Of a DNA stretch of 64,000 nt, positions 50,642-64,000 are shown in pieces. The notes under the pieces are model-generated. The model did not search any database. It worked only from the letters and a program-made list of their open reading frames with translations, and was not told the DNA's origin. The position numbers and the translations under genes were made by a program. How positions within the stretch are numbered: the stretch's first letter is position 1; each line of letters opens with the position of its first letter. Source of the stretch: the human T2T-CHM13v2.0 reference genome, Homo sapiens; NCBI RefSeq assembly GCF_009914755.1, contig NC_060939.1. One strand, 5' to 3'.

Positions 50642-51587
50642 TCATGCAATAGCAATACCAGTTCCAGTGTGAACTGTCGTAGACCTTTTTTAGAAGCAAA
50701 TTGGCAAGGTGCTGCTATTGGTATAGTTATTGAGCATCTACATGTGCCAGACACTTTACATTCATTATCTTGAATCTTCAGAGACCCTCAGTATTATCCA
50801 CATTTTCATAAGCCAATTGAGATTCAGAGTGTGTGACTTGCCCAGAGCCATGCACCGATTCAGTTCACTGATCGGAACCCAGATTGGTCTGGGACCAAAG
50901 CCTGCACAATTTCTACTATAGTACAGGCCTTACAAATGTTCAGACTCTGCCAAACCAGATGTATTTCCTGAAGGAAAACCTTGACCTTCAAACAAGGGAA
51001 GGCACCCCAAAATATTGATTGCATGTACTATCATCAGAAATCAAAATGCTGTAAATGCCCAACCATGGACAGATCATATACTATGAAAAGAAGTATGTCA
51101 CTGTTCACAGTGGCTTCTGCATGGTGAGTCATGAATGATTTCTGTATATTTTCCCATTTTTATAATGAACTGCCTTTATTATCAAGAAAGTAAATTTTAA
51201 CTCTAACTGCTTAGAGATTTTAAATGATAATACTTTTAAAGTGGGTATTTAGGTTCAGCCTTGAAGCCTAGGGTGGCGCCTCATGGTCTGAAATTCTGCA
51301 TTTGCCCCCCTGAGAAAAACCTGAGCAATATTTAGAAATTTCCATTAGGTGGCGGTGCTGTCCTAGGCTAAACAGATCACAGTCACGTGAATTCTGCAAC
51401 CTGCCAAATTCTGTGGTCTCTGCTGGCGCCTGTCCTCCACTATAGCCATCTGCCCTTTGCCTCCCTGTTTACTTCTCTGGATGCCCTTTCCCTGAGCTCA
51501 CACACCCCTTGCTCTAGGAGGCAGTAGCAAGAGATTTGGATGCAGTAGTTCTCTCTCCGGGGCACTAACCACTCTGCTTCTCTCCAG

Positions 51588-51653
51588 AGAGCTAAACAAA
51601 AGGGCGTGATCCACATCCGAGTTGTGGTGAAAGGCCTGGGGCCAGGACGCTTG
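51588..51653 (+). CDS. MRPS11: MRPS11 coding exon 5 (66 nt; [22 protein letters not shown])
   Basis: Branch point CACTAAC 51563-51569, acceptor ctctccag|AGA, donor TTG|gtaagt; uS11 'VKG.G.GR' motif. Confidence 0.97.
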
Positions 51654-52350
51654 GTAAGTTACAGTGATTTCCATAGTGTACTTGCCTCCTAGTAAGTGTG
51701 AGAATTTGGGGCTTGAGAGCAGAGTACAGGGAGAGTAGAAAACACCTTTTAGTGGATTTCCATGTTTGCTTGAAGTTCCCGTCTGTTGTTTCTATAATTG
51801 ACCAAGCCCCTCAGAGCAAGCCTAGATCACTTAGTATAATTCATCAGACACTGAGTGCCTGCTGCGTGCCACGCACTGGGAATGGGAAGGTGGTTCCTGG
51901 GGGAACTGTCACAAACAAATCCCTTAGGACAGACTGGTGAGCGCTGTGGTAAAGCATGTGCCCAGATCGCTGGGAGCCCATCAGGGGATCCCGAACCTAG
52001 CAGGGATAATCTTTCCTGATGATCATTAGCACAGATAATCTTTAGCTTCTTCAAAGAGGTGACATCTCTCTGACTTTGCAGGAATAATGAGGTATCAGGG
52101 AGGTGGAGGCACAGCAGGTACGGGGGGACATTGCAGGCAGAGAAAACTGCCTGAGTAAGCTACAGAAGTATGATACCCAAGGTGTGCCAAGGTCTACAAG
52201 AAGTCTTTGTTCGCAGATCGTAAAGTGCAAAGTGGAAAGTGGTGGGTACAGTTTGAGAGGGGAACAGTGTGAAAACCTGGTTAAAGGGTTTGGGTGGAGA
52301 CCTTTGTGAGAGTAGAATAGGATTGGGATTATAGGTATCAAAGCCAGTGA

Positions 52351-52578
<228 letters not shown>

Positions 52579-52839
52579 TGGGAAGGAGGCCTGCACTTGG
52601 ACCTGACCTCAAGCCTCAGCTCCAGTGGGACCTTGTAAAATGCTCCCTGTCAGAGCTCTCCAGAATATGCTTGTTGGAGATCCTTCAGGCAGTAAGGGAG
52701 AGTTTTGCCTCCTTACACAGTGGCCTTTGCTTGCACCTCCAGCTGGAGATGGGTGTGCCCCAGAAGTAAGCTTTGCATCTCTTACAAGAGGGGAGCTACA
52801 GGGGCAGCCGTGGCCTAGGCCCAAACTCTGCTCTGAGAA

Positions 52840-52845
52840 AATAAA
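52840..52845 (+). terminator. MRPS11: MRPS11 proximal poly(A) signal AATAAA
   Basis: First canonical hexamer after the stop; U-rich sequence follows (TAATTTTGAGATTTTTTG). Confidence 0.7.
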
Positions 52846-53308
52846 TATCTGTACCACCTGTCATAATTTTGAGATTTTTTGCTTTCAGAGTTACGTAATT
52901 CCTAATTCCTCTTGAAAAAGAGAGTGTGAAATGAGGTGAGGCCTCAGATGAAAGTAAAATATAAATGTGAGTTGCTATTTACCAGACACTTCTGGTTTCA
53001 GATATTTCTTTTCTAGCCCCTTACCCAAGATTTCTAGAGCTAATCCTAGTAACTTTTCTTATTAATGACTTATAATTTGGCCCCAAATTGGAGCTTTTTG
53101 CCACCTACCTCTGGATTCTGATGGATTTCGCCATTATGGGCATGTTTAAAGTTAGCCCTAAACACAGGATTTTCTACAAGTGGACAGTCAAACTCCCCAC
53201 ACTAAAGTGGCAGTCATCGTTTACACTCCATGGGCTTCAGCAGTCCCAGCACTAACGAGAGAGTGCCCTAAAAGCGGGGAGGGTAGAGTTGTACAAAACA
53301 TGATTCTT

Positions 53309-53633
<325 letters not shown>

Positions 53634-54816
53634 CCTGATGATTCTCTAGAAAATAGGGTGGATGGCAGGATGGGCTTGAGTAGAGTCCAAATCTAGAAGT
53701 GCAGAAAGCAAGTTGATAAGGAACCTGGGTAGTGCTGGCAGTGGGGCACAACTCAGGACCCCCAGGCAGGACTGACTGCTCCTCTGTTGGGGCTCTAGGG
53801 TTCCTGGATACGGCACAGAGGCCAAAGGTGGGGGCTCTAGAGACACGACCAGAGAGTCCCCTCTTCCACAGGCAAAGACTAAGGGTGAGAGTATCACCAG
53901 AAGCTGAGAAGGAGTGGTCAAGTACACAAAAGCACTGTTCCTCCCAGATGAGTGCAGGAAGGGCTGCTGACCAGAAGGGGAAGGCACTGTGGAGTTTTAC
54001 TTCTGTGTCCAGCCAGCTAAGTACTGTGATCTGCCTGAACTCAGTATAGGAAAAGACACAGATGCCCCCTTAAATAGGCAAGAGGCTGTGTTAGGACAAA
54101 GAAAGGAGGAAGATCACGAACCAAGACATGAATTTAGAGGAAAAATGCCTCCCTACTGCCTTCTCTTTAGTCCTTAGCAGGTCCTATGAAGGCCATCTTG
54201 TGACAGTGACCAAAGAAGCCCAACCGGAGGCTTCTTGGATCAAAGCCACTGTCGGAAGGAATTAGACTGTTTCACCGCAAAACTACATATAAACACAATG
54301 CATTAAAACATGGTGCACTTGAAAATTGCACTTCGCGATTTGATATGGTTTGGTGGACAGAGGGCCCGTAGCCATCAGACAGTTCAATCAGGGTCTGAGC
54401 AGGAAACAGCTCACAAGGTTTAAGAGAAAAGCTCAATGAAAGCTCTTTGCAGAGGCATGGGTAAGATTAAGGAAATAAAGAAGGTGGACTACAAAGCAGC
54501 TGCCACCCTAGGCTAGAAGAGGCAGGGAAGAACAGTTCCTAGAACCTGGCAGGAGCTGCCACAGCAGCAGAGTGCACCTCTGCCAAAACCATGGCCTGAG
54601 GGAGAGGGAAGAAATGCCTGGCTGTTCCCGGCCTGTAGTCCCTTGCTGGGGTCCCCCTTGGCTGATCCCAAAAGGAAGCAAAAAGGAAGGGAACTCAGTG
54701 TTGTGGTACTTGGAGGCTCAGCCTCCCAGGCTGCAGAGTGGATCTGGAGGGGCACGTAGAGGATAGTAAACACAGGAGGCTTCTGTGGCTTCTGTAAGTC
54801 CTCCATACACCATAGG

Positions 54817-55094
54817 TTTTTATTTTGGTTTTGGTTTTTGAGTCTCGTTGTCACCCAGGCTGGATTGCAGTGGTACGACCATGGTTCACTGCAGCCTCAA
54901 ACTCCTGGGCTCAAGTGATCCTCCAGCTTCAGCCTCCTGTGAGCATCTGGGACTACAGGCGCATGCCACCACACATGGATAATTTTTGTATTTTTTGTAT
55001 TGAGACCAGGTCTTGAACTCCTGGTCTCAAGCAGTCCCCCCACCTCGGCCTCCCAAAGTGCTGGGATAACAGGCGTGAGCCACTGCGCCTGATC
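54817..55094 (-). mobile_element. AluJ-like (antisense) in extended MRPS11 3'UTR region
   Basis: Antisense dimer with internal deletion; TSD CA(T/C)ACACCATAG on both flanks. Confidence 0.88.
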
Positions 55095-55352
55095 CACACA
55101 CCATAGTTTTTAAAATGTTATTTTACTCACAAGAGGGCTTTGGAAAGGAAGATCCTGCCCAGCAGAGCCTACATGCGCAGACAGGACAGAGGACCCTTAA
55201 GGATCAATGGTCTTGTTGCCGGAAATGGATGTCTGGCGCAACCCCCGGAGCTAGTTTTGGGGAGGCCGCCTTGTTGACTGTGCACTGGAAAATGCACATT
55301 GCTTTATCGTGAGCTCTCGGTGCACAGTGTGGTTTCCAGGCTCTGAGTGGCC

Positions 55353-55358
55353 AATAAA
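55353..55358 (+). terminator. MRPS11: MRPS11 candidate distal poly(A) signal AATAAA
   Basis: Canonical hexamer in unique sequence followed by GU/U-rich tract (TGTACTGTCTCTT...TTTGTCTTGG). Confidence 0.6.
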
Positions 55359-56600
55359 GCTGGTGCTGTCTTAAACTGTACTGTCTCTTAATCATTTGTC
55401 TTGGCCTCTCAGAGACTGACCTTCCCACCCCCATGAGAGACCAAGGTACCTTCACTGAAGGCTGACCAATCTAGGCGGTGATTATTTACCTAAAATGCTG
55501 GACTGCCCTGTCCCTGCTGCCACAGCCCATCTCAAACAGCAGGTCTCTCCTTCCTGAGAAAACAGGTGGAATGTGTGCTTGCACTTCCCACAGGCGGAAA
55601 GATGCAAGCCCAGCATGTGGGTCCCAAGTATTTGCACAAGCAGGGTGTTGGCATCAGCTTGTGTGACACACTTTGTTGTCTTCTGGCAGCAGAGCCTCAG
55701 ATTATTTCTACGGATGCATCTGCAGCTTTGCTTCTAAGGCTGGCTGCACAGGACTGGCTACATAAGGAAAGCCTGTCCTCCTACACTAGCAAAAAAACAG
55801 ATGCAATTTCTTTCCTTTCAGCATAGACGCGACGTTTTCACATCTTTCTGCCAAGGCTATCACCTGACACCGAGATGTACGGTCACTGCCAAAATAAGCC
55901 TGTTTACCACTAGAGTCCCTGAATGCTAGCAGAATTTCACGGGCACCTTGGGAGAAAGCATTTACCAACTCTATTTGCCTGTAACCAGGCTCTGACATGT
56001 CTCTTTAAAAAAAAAAAAAATGCATATATACCTTCCTGCTGGACTTTATTCTTTTTCTCTACTCATTTTTCTCCTATTCTGGAAAGACACATTGCTTTTG
56101 AAACCTGGGTACTATCAGCCTAAGGTGATGAAGCTGTCACTTGCCAAAGCAGAAATTATCCATTCACCAAATTAAGCCAACATGGGCTAGTCCACAAACA
56201 TGGAGGCCAGGCACTGGGGGAACAGGGCTGGAGCTGTCCCTACTCTGGAGTTCACGCTCTGAGGAGGCAGGACAGGTATGTGGCTGAGTTAGAATGGAAT
56301 TCCATAAAAGAGGCACAAGTGATATTGGCGTTGGAGTGAAAGACCCGTCCCCTCAGCTTCAGGGCCGGAAGGGAAGTCTTTGTGGAGGAGAAGGCATGCA
56401 AGAGGAACCATGGGTGAATGAGCATCCTCAGGAGCTCAAAACAGCATGCAAGGCTGAGGGGTGAGAGGTCATCAGGTTCCTGGTTCCCACTGAGTTGACA
56501 TGGTGGGTCACACGGTTCGGACTGGATAGGGAGACTGGATGGAGAGAATAGCTTACCAGAGGATTCAAGAGAAAGGAAGGGGTCATAAAACTTGCAATCA

Positions 56601-57073
<473 letters not shown>

Positions 57074-58499
57074 CTAAAATACAGTCGAAATACAAGTCAC
57101 TGAGGTTTAAGTCAAGTAATTATGTGGACAAAGAAACTTACCTTGATGCTGAAGCCTGGAAGTAGATGTCAGGGAAAAGGATAGAGAAGTCTATGAGGTT
57201 CAAAGTCCCTAAACAAAGTGGAGTGGCCCATAGTGTAGGAAGCAGACCAAGAATTCAGGAAGGCAGAAGTAATAGATCGTATGCACTTCAAAAGAGAACG
57301 GCTGTCAAGTAGGGGTGGTGGAACAATATCCCTGGAAGGGCTGAGGAGAGGGGAGCATGCTGACGCCTATCCCTGTCCACTGGGTGGGAGGTGGGGGTGG
57401 CGTGCACAGTGCTGGGGAAATGATGGTGATGAGGCTGTCTCTCCTCAGTAGACTGAAGGTGTAGGGACCGTGGTGGGAAGGCAGCGGCTGTGGACGCAGA
57501 TGCCCAGAGCATGGAGAATCAGAAGAGCCTCTGGGGGCCTGGAGGTGTGGGGCCAGAGCCCCTCAGGAGCCAGGAACTGGATTGGAATCTATATCTAATA
57601 CCCAACATCTACTCTGCTTCCACCCTGACTTTATAACAGAAGAATTTCAAAAGCTCAAAAGCTGTGAAATGATGTTTAATCTTACTAGTAATCAAGGACA
57701 TAGAAGCTAAATGCCTAAGCATCATTCCCCAAATGTAGAGATGCCAATCAACGCCATAGTGGGATGAGACAGACCAGGAAAACTACAGAGTAGGGAAAAG
57801 AAGATGGCCAAGATTGTAAATGCAAGGAAGAGAGACTGTGAAGGAGGTGGGACAGAGGGCTTAGTCGGAGTGCAGGTTGCTGTCCAGAAGTCTGATAGGA
57901 ACTCTACAAGATGAGGTGCCCCTTAGGTTTAGCCATGTGGAGGTCATGATTCACCAAAGGGAGAGAGGGTCAGAGACAGTGGGAGGTGAAGAAATAGAGG
58001 TTGGGCCAAGAGTGCTGAGTTTTCTAGTAAAGTCTGTCTCGTGGTGATGGAGAATAAATGGGATCAGCAGTTTCCCCTGCACCATGATGGACCAAGAGTC
58101 GGGGTGTGCAGAGGAGACGAGAAGAGGCTTAGAGCTGTGGAGAAGCAGACCTCAGCCAGGTGGCTGTCTCCCCTCTGAGGGAGATAGCGGTGTGGGACCC
58201 CAGGGACAGGCATGCCCATTGTAAATTGGGAACAGCAGTGTCTGATGTGAGCAACGTGGGCACCAACAATGGAAACAAAATGTCCTTGGAATCAGTACAC
58301 ACAGGGAATGTTTCGTGTTCTTTCCGACATTCTACACCGATTGTTCTGAAACAAAAAGTGTGTGCTCTCTCTCAGCTCTTACTGGGGGAAGGTAAATACC
58401 TAGAGCCTCTTCAGAGGGAAATTTGGCAATATCTGTCAACACAAGATGCAAAGACCTGTGGCTTCATAATTCCCTTCTAGGAATGTATCACATAGAGAC

Positions 58500-58690
58500 A
58501 GCATCGCTGTCCACTAGAACTCCTTGCACAACAGAAATGCCCTATATCTTCCCTGCCAGAATGGAAGCCACTAGCCCCACATGGCTCTTAAAATGTGACT
58601 AGGAACTGCGTTTTAAATTCTATTTAATATGAATTAATTAACTTTGAAATAGCCACAGGTGACCAGCGAGTGTGGGACCACAAAGCTATA
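58500..58690. mobile_element. MER3 hAT MITE within decayed L1M 3' fragment (~58380-59150)
   Basis: GCTGTCCACTAGAACT...AGCCACTAGCCCCACATGGCT...AAATGTGACTAG...TTTTAAATTCTATTTAAT. Confidence 0.65.
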
Positions 58691-60813
58691 GATATTCTTT
58701 CCCATGTGTACCAAGTATGCAAAGATATTTTTGAAGGTACTGTAAAAGATTGGAACCTAAATGTCCATCAATAGGGGGCTAGTTAAATTACAATACAGTA
58801 CATCCAGATAATGGAATGTTGGCCCTGAAACACACCAAGATGCTTTGCTAAGTGAAAAATAAACGAGTGGGGGCAGAACGTTGTGCACAGTGTAGTTGCT
58901 AATTTTTGTAGAAAAGGAGAAAAGGTGTGTACATACATGTTTGTGTATGCATTCAGTATCTGGAAAGACATATCCCAAACTGGCAGTGTGCTCAGCTCCA
59001 GGGAGGGAAACTGGGTGACAGAGTAGCAGGTGGAAAGCAGACTCAACTCTTTACCTTCTTCACCTTTAGAAGTAGGTGCTATATTGATGTTACTTATTCA
59101 TATTAATTAATGAACCAATTAAAATAAAAATAAAGAACTTTTTAAAAAAATGTATAGATGCTGCAGTCAGGCATTACATAAATCATCTGCTGAAATGTGC
59201 ACATAACATTTTTTTAGTATATATTTGGACACACACGGACCCTGTAACACTCCCCATCTCCACTGTTGGTCCAGTATTTGGGGGAAGACATCTGATTTGG
59301 CTCTGAAATTTGTTCTCGTAATTAATCTGGCTTCTCTCTGCTGCCCACCCAGGTTCAAATAAAACTATGCACATGCTCCCAAATTAGCATAACAAGTCTT
59401 GCCAGAAAAGTCAGCCTCGGTGTCATTATTGCTTGGCTGGGAGGAGGAGGCAGAGAGAGCAGGGCGATCTGTTTCCATAGTGCCCTGCGGCAGCTTAACC
59501 GCCTAGGATTTGCGTAATCCCCTTGAACTAAAAAGAAATGTCAACTGAGGGGCAGCATGGTGTCACAGGGGGCCCTGGCTGGGAGGACACCTGTTGTCTA
59601 GACCCAGCTTGAGCCCAGACTCAGCATGCAGGCTGTCAGGCCACACTCCCTCCCCAACACAAGACTTCAGTTTCTCAGGACCATGAGGGGGTTGAGTGGG
59701 ACGCAGCTCCAGCATCTAAGGAGCCTACAGGTCCTTCGTGGCTGGGAAGAAAGCCTGGATCCTGACTCACTAAGCTGCTCTGAGGGAGAGCCTCAGGGAT
59801 GTTACACAAGCCAGATTCTATGCCCCAGGGAATCCAATTAGTTCTCCCCTAGACTCTAGGCCAGGCCCGCTCCCTGCCGATGCCCCCCACCTGCCACCCT
59901 GCTCAGTTGCCCATTCCTTCTAGCCTGCTGGGCTGAGAAGAGCTTAGGCTTTGGAGTCACAAAGACCAGGGTTTGAATCTCAGCTCTACTGTGTGACCTT
60001 GGAGGAATGGCTGCATCTCTCTGAGCCTCAGCTACTCCCACTTTCACAGGACTGGCAGGGGGATTTGTAAGGCAACTGTGTACTCTGCTCAGGCACAGCG
60101 AGTGTCATCCAGGCTGGCCCTGCCTTTCCTGCCCTGCCCTCCCAATCCTCACACTGCTAAGGTGGCAGCTTCCATCCTCGCAGGGCCTTGGCTGATTCTG
60201 TGGGGCCCTGGCGGGGAGCACAGTGGTGAATGCAGATGCATGCCCATCTTGTTGCTGCTGTTACAATTATTAATTATTTTCAAATATTTTTCCTGTAATT
60301 TTAATCAGAAAAGTCCTGTGGGAGCCAATCACCCATCTTCCTAATTCCTTAAATTCATCCAACTGTAGATAAAGCCAGATCGTTTAAAAAAAAAAATTGC
60401 AGCCAAAAATGAAATGAAATGAAAACGCCAAATGATTGGAAAGTCTATCCCTCAAGAGTCTTTCTTCCCTCCCTCATTCCTCAAGCATCTATCAACACTC
60501 AGATTCAGGATGTCTAAGCCCTAGTAACTGGCCTGAGCAGCCTAGGAGGCTAGCTGGGGAGACAAATTCAGAAAAAGTCCATTGTGACACCACTGAGTGC
60601 TACCACAGAATGGGGACACCTGTGAGTGAGACAGCGCGTGCCCTAGAGTCTGTGTGTGTTATGGTGGGGATGAGAAGATGAATCAAGGAACACTTCCTAG
60701 AGGAGGTGACACAAGCTCAAAATCAGAGTAAGAGTTAGGAGGCAACTATGGGTGATGAGGGGTGATGGGGGGAGTTTGCAGCAAAGAAGATGGCATGAAC
60801 AAAGGGTAGAATG

Positions 60814-61035
60814 CAAGGGATCCTCCTTCCTCGACCTCCAAAAGTACTGGGATTACAGGTGTGAGTCACCATGCCCAGCCTTAAATTAAAGATCTTGAAA
60901 GCCAGGCACAGTGGTGCATGCTTGTAGTCCCAGCTGCTCAGGAGGCCAAGACAGGAGAATCACTTGCACCCAGAACTTCGAGTCCAGCCTGGGCAACATA
61001 GCAAGACCCCCATCTCTTAAAAAAAAGAAAAAGAA
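60814..61035. mobile_element. Antisense Alu left-arm fragment (60814-60880) and sense FLAM-like monomer (60901-61035)
   Basis: Alu motifs in opposite orientation, 20 bp apart. Confidence 0.8.
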
Positions 61036-61039
61036 ATAT

Positions 61040-62020
61040 GAGTGCTCTTGAGATGGGGAGATTATCCTGGATGATCTAGTGGATCCTAAATGGAGTCACA
61101 GGTATTCTTATAAAATGGAGCCAGAAGATTTGACTACATAAACAGAAGAGGAAAGGCCATGTGACCACAGAGGCAGAGACTGGAGAGATTCAGCCATAGG
61201 CCAAGAAATGCCAAAATCCACCAGAAGCTGGAAGGGGCAAGAACAGATTGTTCCTGAAACTGTGATGTTTCATTGCCCGGTGTGCACAGCAAGTCAATAT
61301 GCCGAAACACCAGGCTGCAGTAGAGAAAGGAGTTTAATCACAGGGTCACCGAATGAGGAGATAAGAGGAAACCTTAAATCCATCTCCCCAGTGAGTTTGG
61401 GGCTAGGGTTTTTAAGAGTTTTGGAGTGGGCCGAAGTGTGGAGATCACTGATGGGTGGAAGAGTGCAGGGTGAAGTCACGGGACAAGGAGATGAAACAGC
61501 TGAATTCTCATGCCGATCCCATTCCTGTGTGGGGGTCTTCAAACTCATTCCTGGAATTCATGGCCTGGAAAATATCTTAAGCCATCCTTCCACAAAAGCT
61601 CTATGATTCTAATGTCAGAGATCCTGTCTATAGGAACAACGTGGATGAAATCAATTCTTAGTCTCAGAATCCTAATGTCAGAAATCCTATCTGTAGAAAC
61701 GATGGGGATGCAAATGGTCAGTAACCAGCGCTACATGACTTTTAGCAACAAAGAAGAGGGCCAAAGAGCAGCCTGATCAATGCTTAATTCTAACTATATT
61801 TCTATCCAGAGCTGGGCAGGCAATTCTTATCAACCCTGTAGAGATGGTTTCATTCCCTAGAGCCTCTGAAGGAAGCATAGCCCTGCTGCCAACTTGATTT
61901 TGGCCCAATGATACTGATTTGGGACTTCTGGCCTCCAGAACTGTGACAGAACAAATGTCTGTGGTTTTAGGCACCCAGGGTGTGGTCATTTGTCACAGCA
62001 GCCACAGGAATCTAATAGAG
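61040..62020 (+). mobile_element. MLT1C/D-like MaLR LTR split by an ERV1 solo LTR
   Basis: GAGATGGGGAGATTATCCTGGATG...GGCAGAGACTGGAGAGAT...CCACCAGAAGCTGGAAG; resumes CCTAGAGCCTCTGAAGGAAGC...GGCCTCCAGAACTGTGA. Confidence 0.75.
61255..61852 (-). mobile_element. ERV1-class solo LTR (LTR26-like; family uncertain), 598 bp
   Basis: Terminal inverted TGAAAC...GTTTCA; 4-bp TSD TTCC (61251-54, 61853-56); ATTAAA on minus strand at 61333-61338. Confidence 0.75.
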
Positions 62021-62445
62021 GCAGGAGAGAATGCTGGAGAAGTCAGTGGGGATGGAGAGAAGTTGGGGGTGGTGGATATAGAAGAGGAAAATGGGCAAGG
62101 CTGGGGTGGACTGCAGGTGGGATAAGAGAGGGAGGGACAGCCAGGCATCTGGTGGCCTCATAACATCAGAAGGGCCCTATGCTACTGGGGCACCAGCAGG
62201 GCCCTCTGCAGGCTGTAAGCAGCATGAGCCTCTGAAAGGTTTTAACAGGGCTGTGCCATGGTCAGAGATGTGTTTTAGAAAGAGCAGACTGGGGTCTGGG
62301 GCGCTGGATGGACGAACTAAAGGCACCTGGAGTCAGGGAGACCCACAGGAGGTCATGGCTGGGATCCAGGTGAGAGATGAGTCTGGCAGAAAACAGCCAC
62401 AAGCAGGATTGCAGGCAGGGCAGATTCTAGGGAGGTTTAGGAGGC

Positions 62446-62655
62446 TGTCTTAGTCCCTTTTGTGCTGCTATAATGGAATACCACAGACTGGGTAACTTAT
62501 TTCTTACAGTTCTAAAGGCTGTGAATTCAAGGTTGAGGGACCAAATCTCATGAGGGCCTTTGTGCTGTGTCATCCCATGGAGGAAGGCAGAAGGGCAAGA
62601 AAGGGGATATGAGAGAGAGAGAGAGAGAAAGAGATCATGAGAAAGAGAAAGGGCA

Positions 62656-62687
<32 letters not shown>

Positions 62688-62847
62688 CATAAGAAAAAAA
62701 GAGAGAAAGAATGCAAAGGCCAAACTGGATTTTCTAACAATCCGCTCCATGACCTAATCACCTCTTACTGCCCCCCCCCCCTTAATACTGTCACAATGGC
62801 AATTAAATCTCAACATGGGTTTTGGAGGGGACATCCAATCCATGGCA
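62446..62847 (-). mobile_element. MST-type MaLR solo LTR with internal (GA)n
   Basis: TG...CA termini; 5-bp TSD GAGGC (62441-45, 62848-52); TGCTATAATGGAATACCACAGACTGGGTAA, CCATGACCTAATCACCTC. Confidence 0.82.
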
Positions 62848-63481
62848 GAGGCAAAGGTGCCATTTCCGGGTGGAGGAGAGGGGAGATGTACAGAAGCGGC
62901 TGCAGGGGCGCCACCAGCAGAGCCTGTGTGGGCCCCGGCTCAGGGATGGGACTCGCCTGGGCCTGATCCTGAGCCCTCTGAAAGGGCGGGGGAGCTTCCG
63001 TGCATTGTAAGGACCCCTCTCCAGCCCCCTCAGCTGTGCCAGCCGGGCTGCATCTGGGAGAGGACACACAGGGGATCCTGGTGGTCTCGTCCCTGGGAGC
63101 AGGCAAAAGCACATTTTTTGTCCTGTTGGGATTGGGATAATTGGGGCATTAACGGAAATGCATTTCTCACCTATTTTCTGTCTGATTGAAAACTTTGCAG
63201 TCATTTAGAGCTCTCACACCTCCTCTAATCAGAGCTCACTTCGCTCAGAGGCAGAAAACTGGGTCACATGTGGACTCCAAAGCCTCCCAGGATGCGACAA
63301 GCCAAAAGTGCAGCATCCCCCACCTCCTCTGCTCCCTGCCACCCCAGGACAGAACCACCCTACCCCAGCCCCTCAGTGAGCACACACTCTGTAGCGGGCT
63401 GAACTTGGAGTACCGACAGGATACCCTTTATTTTTCTCCCATCACTGCCTCCAATCAGCTTCCTCACATCTCCCTTTCTAG

Positions 63482-63673
<192 letters not shown>

Positions 63674-64000
63674 TAATTCCAAGAATAAATCCCATTTGAT
63701 AGTTATGACTCTTCTTCAGAGACCTAAAAGTCCAGTCAAGTCTATAATAAAACCTCAATCTCACAACCCACGTGCAGCTTCCCCTCCTCATCTTCAGGCT
63801 TTTCCAGGTCTGGGATCGCAGAAGATGGAACTCGGGGAGAGTCAGGTTGTTTTGCTCAGCAGGTGCTATATGTGAGGCTCTCTTGGCCAACCCTGGCAGT
63901 TACACCTCCTTTACTCCGGGGGGATTCTTTCATGGGCCCTAGAGTGAGCTCTCTGGAGACTTGCCCCACCCATCCATCCATGCAGAGACCTCTGCCCCAG

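Noticed and set aside
60814-61035. Inverted Alu fragments 20 bp apart (possible cruciform)
   Set aside because: Only ~65 bp of overlap at roughly 70% identity, too diverged for a stable hairpin.

Overview
Primate (almost certainly human) genomic DNA containing two complete nuclear genes for mitochondrial ribosomal proteins arranged head-to-head. MRPL46 (mL46) is on the minus strand: 4 coding exons at 41976-41749, 40372-40186, 39475-39302 and 34462-34212, giving 840 nt = 279 aa + stop. MRPS11 (uS11m) is on the plus strand: 6 coding exons between 42317 and 52578, giving 585 nt = 194 aa + stop. All introns are GT-AG and the phases join into unbroken ORFs. The two ATGs are 340 bp apart and share a CpG-rich bidirectional promoter with a perfect ZNF143 site and a YY1 site over the MRPL46 start codon. 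From memory this is 15q25.3 between NTRK3 and DET1; that is not verifiable from the window. The remainder (1-34 kb, 55.4-64 kb) is intergenic and dominated by about 20 Alus or Alu fragments, old L1/L2/MIR, MaLR and ERV1 solo LTRs, DNA-transposon MITEs and microsatellites. Nearly all ORF-track entries outside the exons are spurious. I found no new gene or prokaryote-type system. The best unexplained signals are: (i) a 55-bp near-identical, palindrome-containing direct repeat bracketing the frame-symmetric MRPS11 exon 3; (ii) a six-copy 27-bp CpG-retaining minisatellite with CTCF-like and GATA motifs in MRPL46 intron 3; (iii) alternative poly(A) signals that would include or exclude an inverted Alu pair in the MRPS11 3'UTR; (iv) a ~120-bp locally templated insertion inside an MLT1 LTR. 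Repeat family names are by-eye recognition, and their boundaries are approximate unless TSDs are given.
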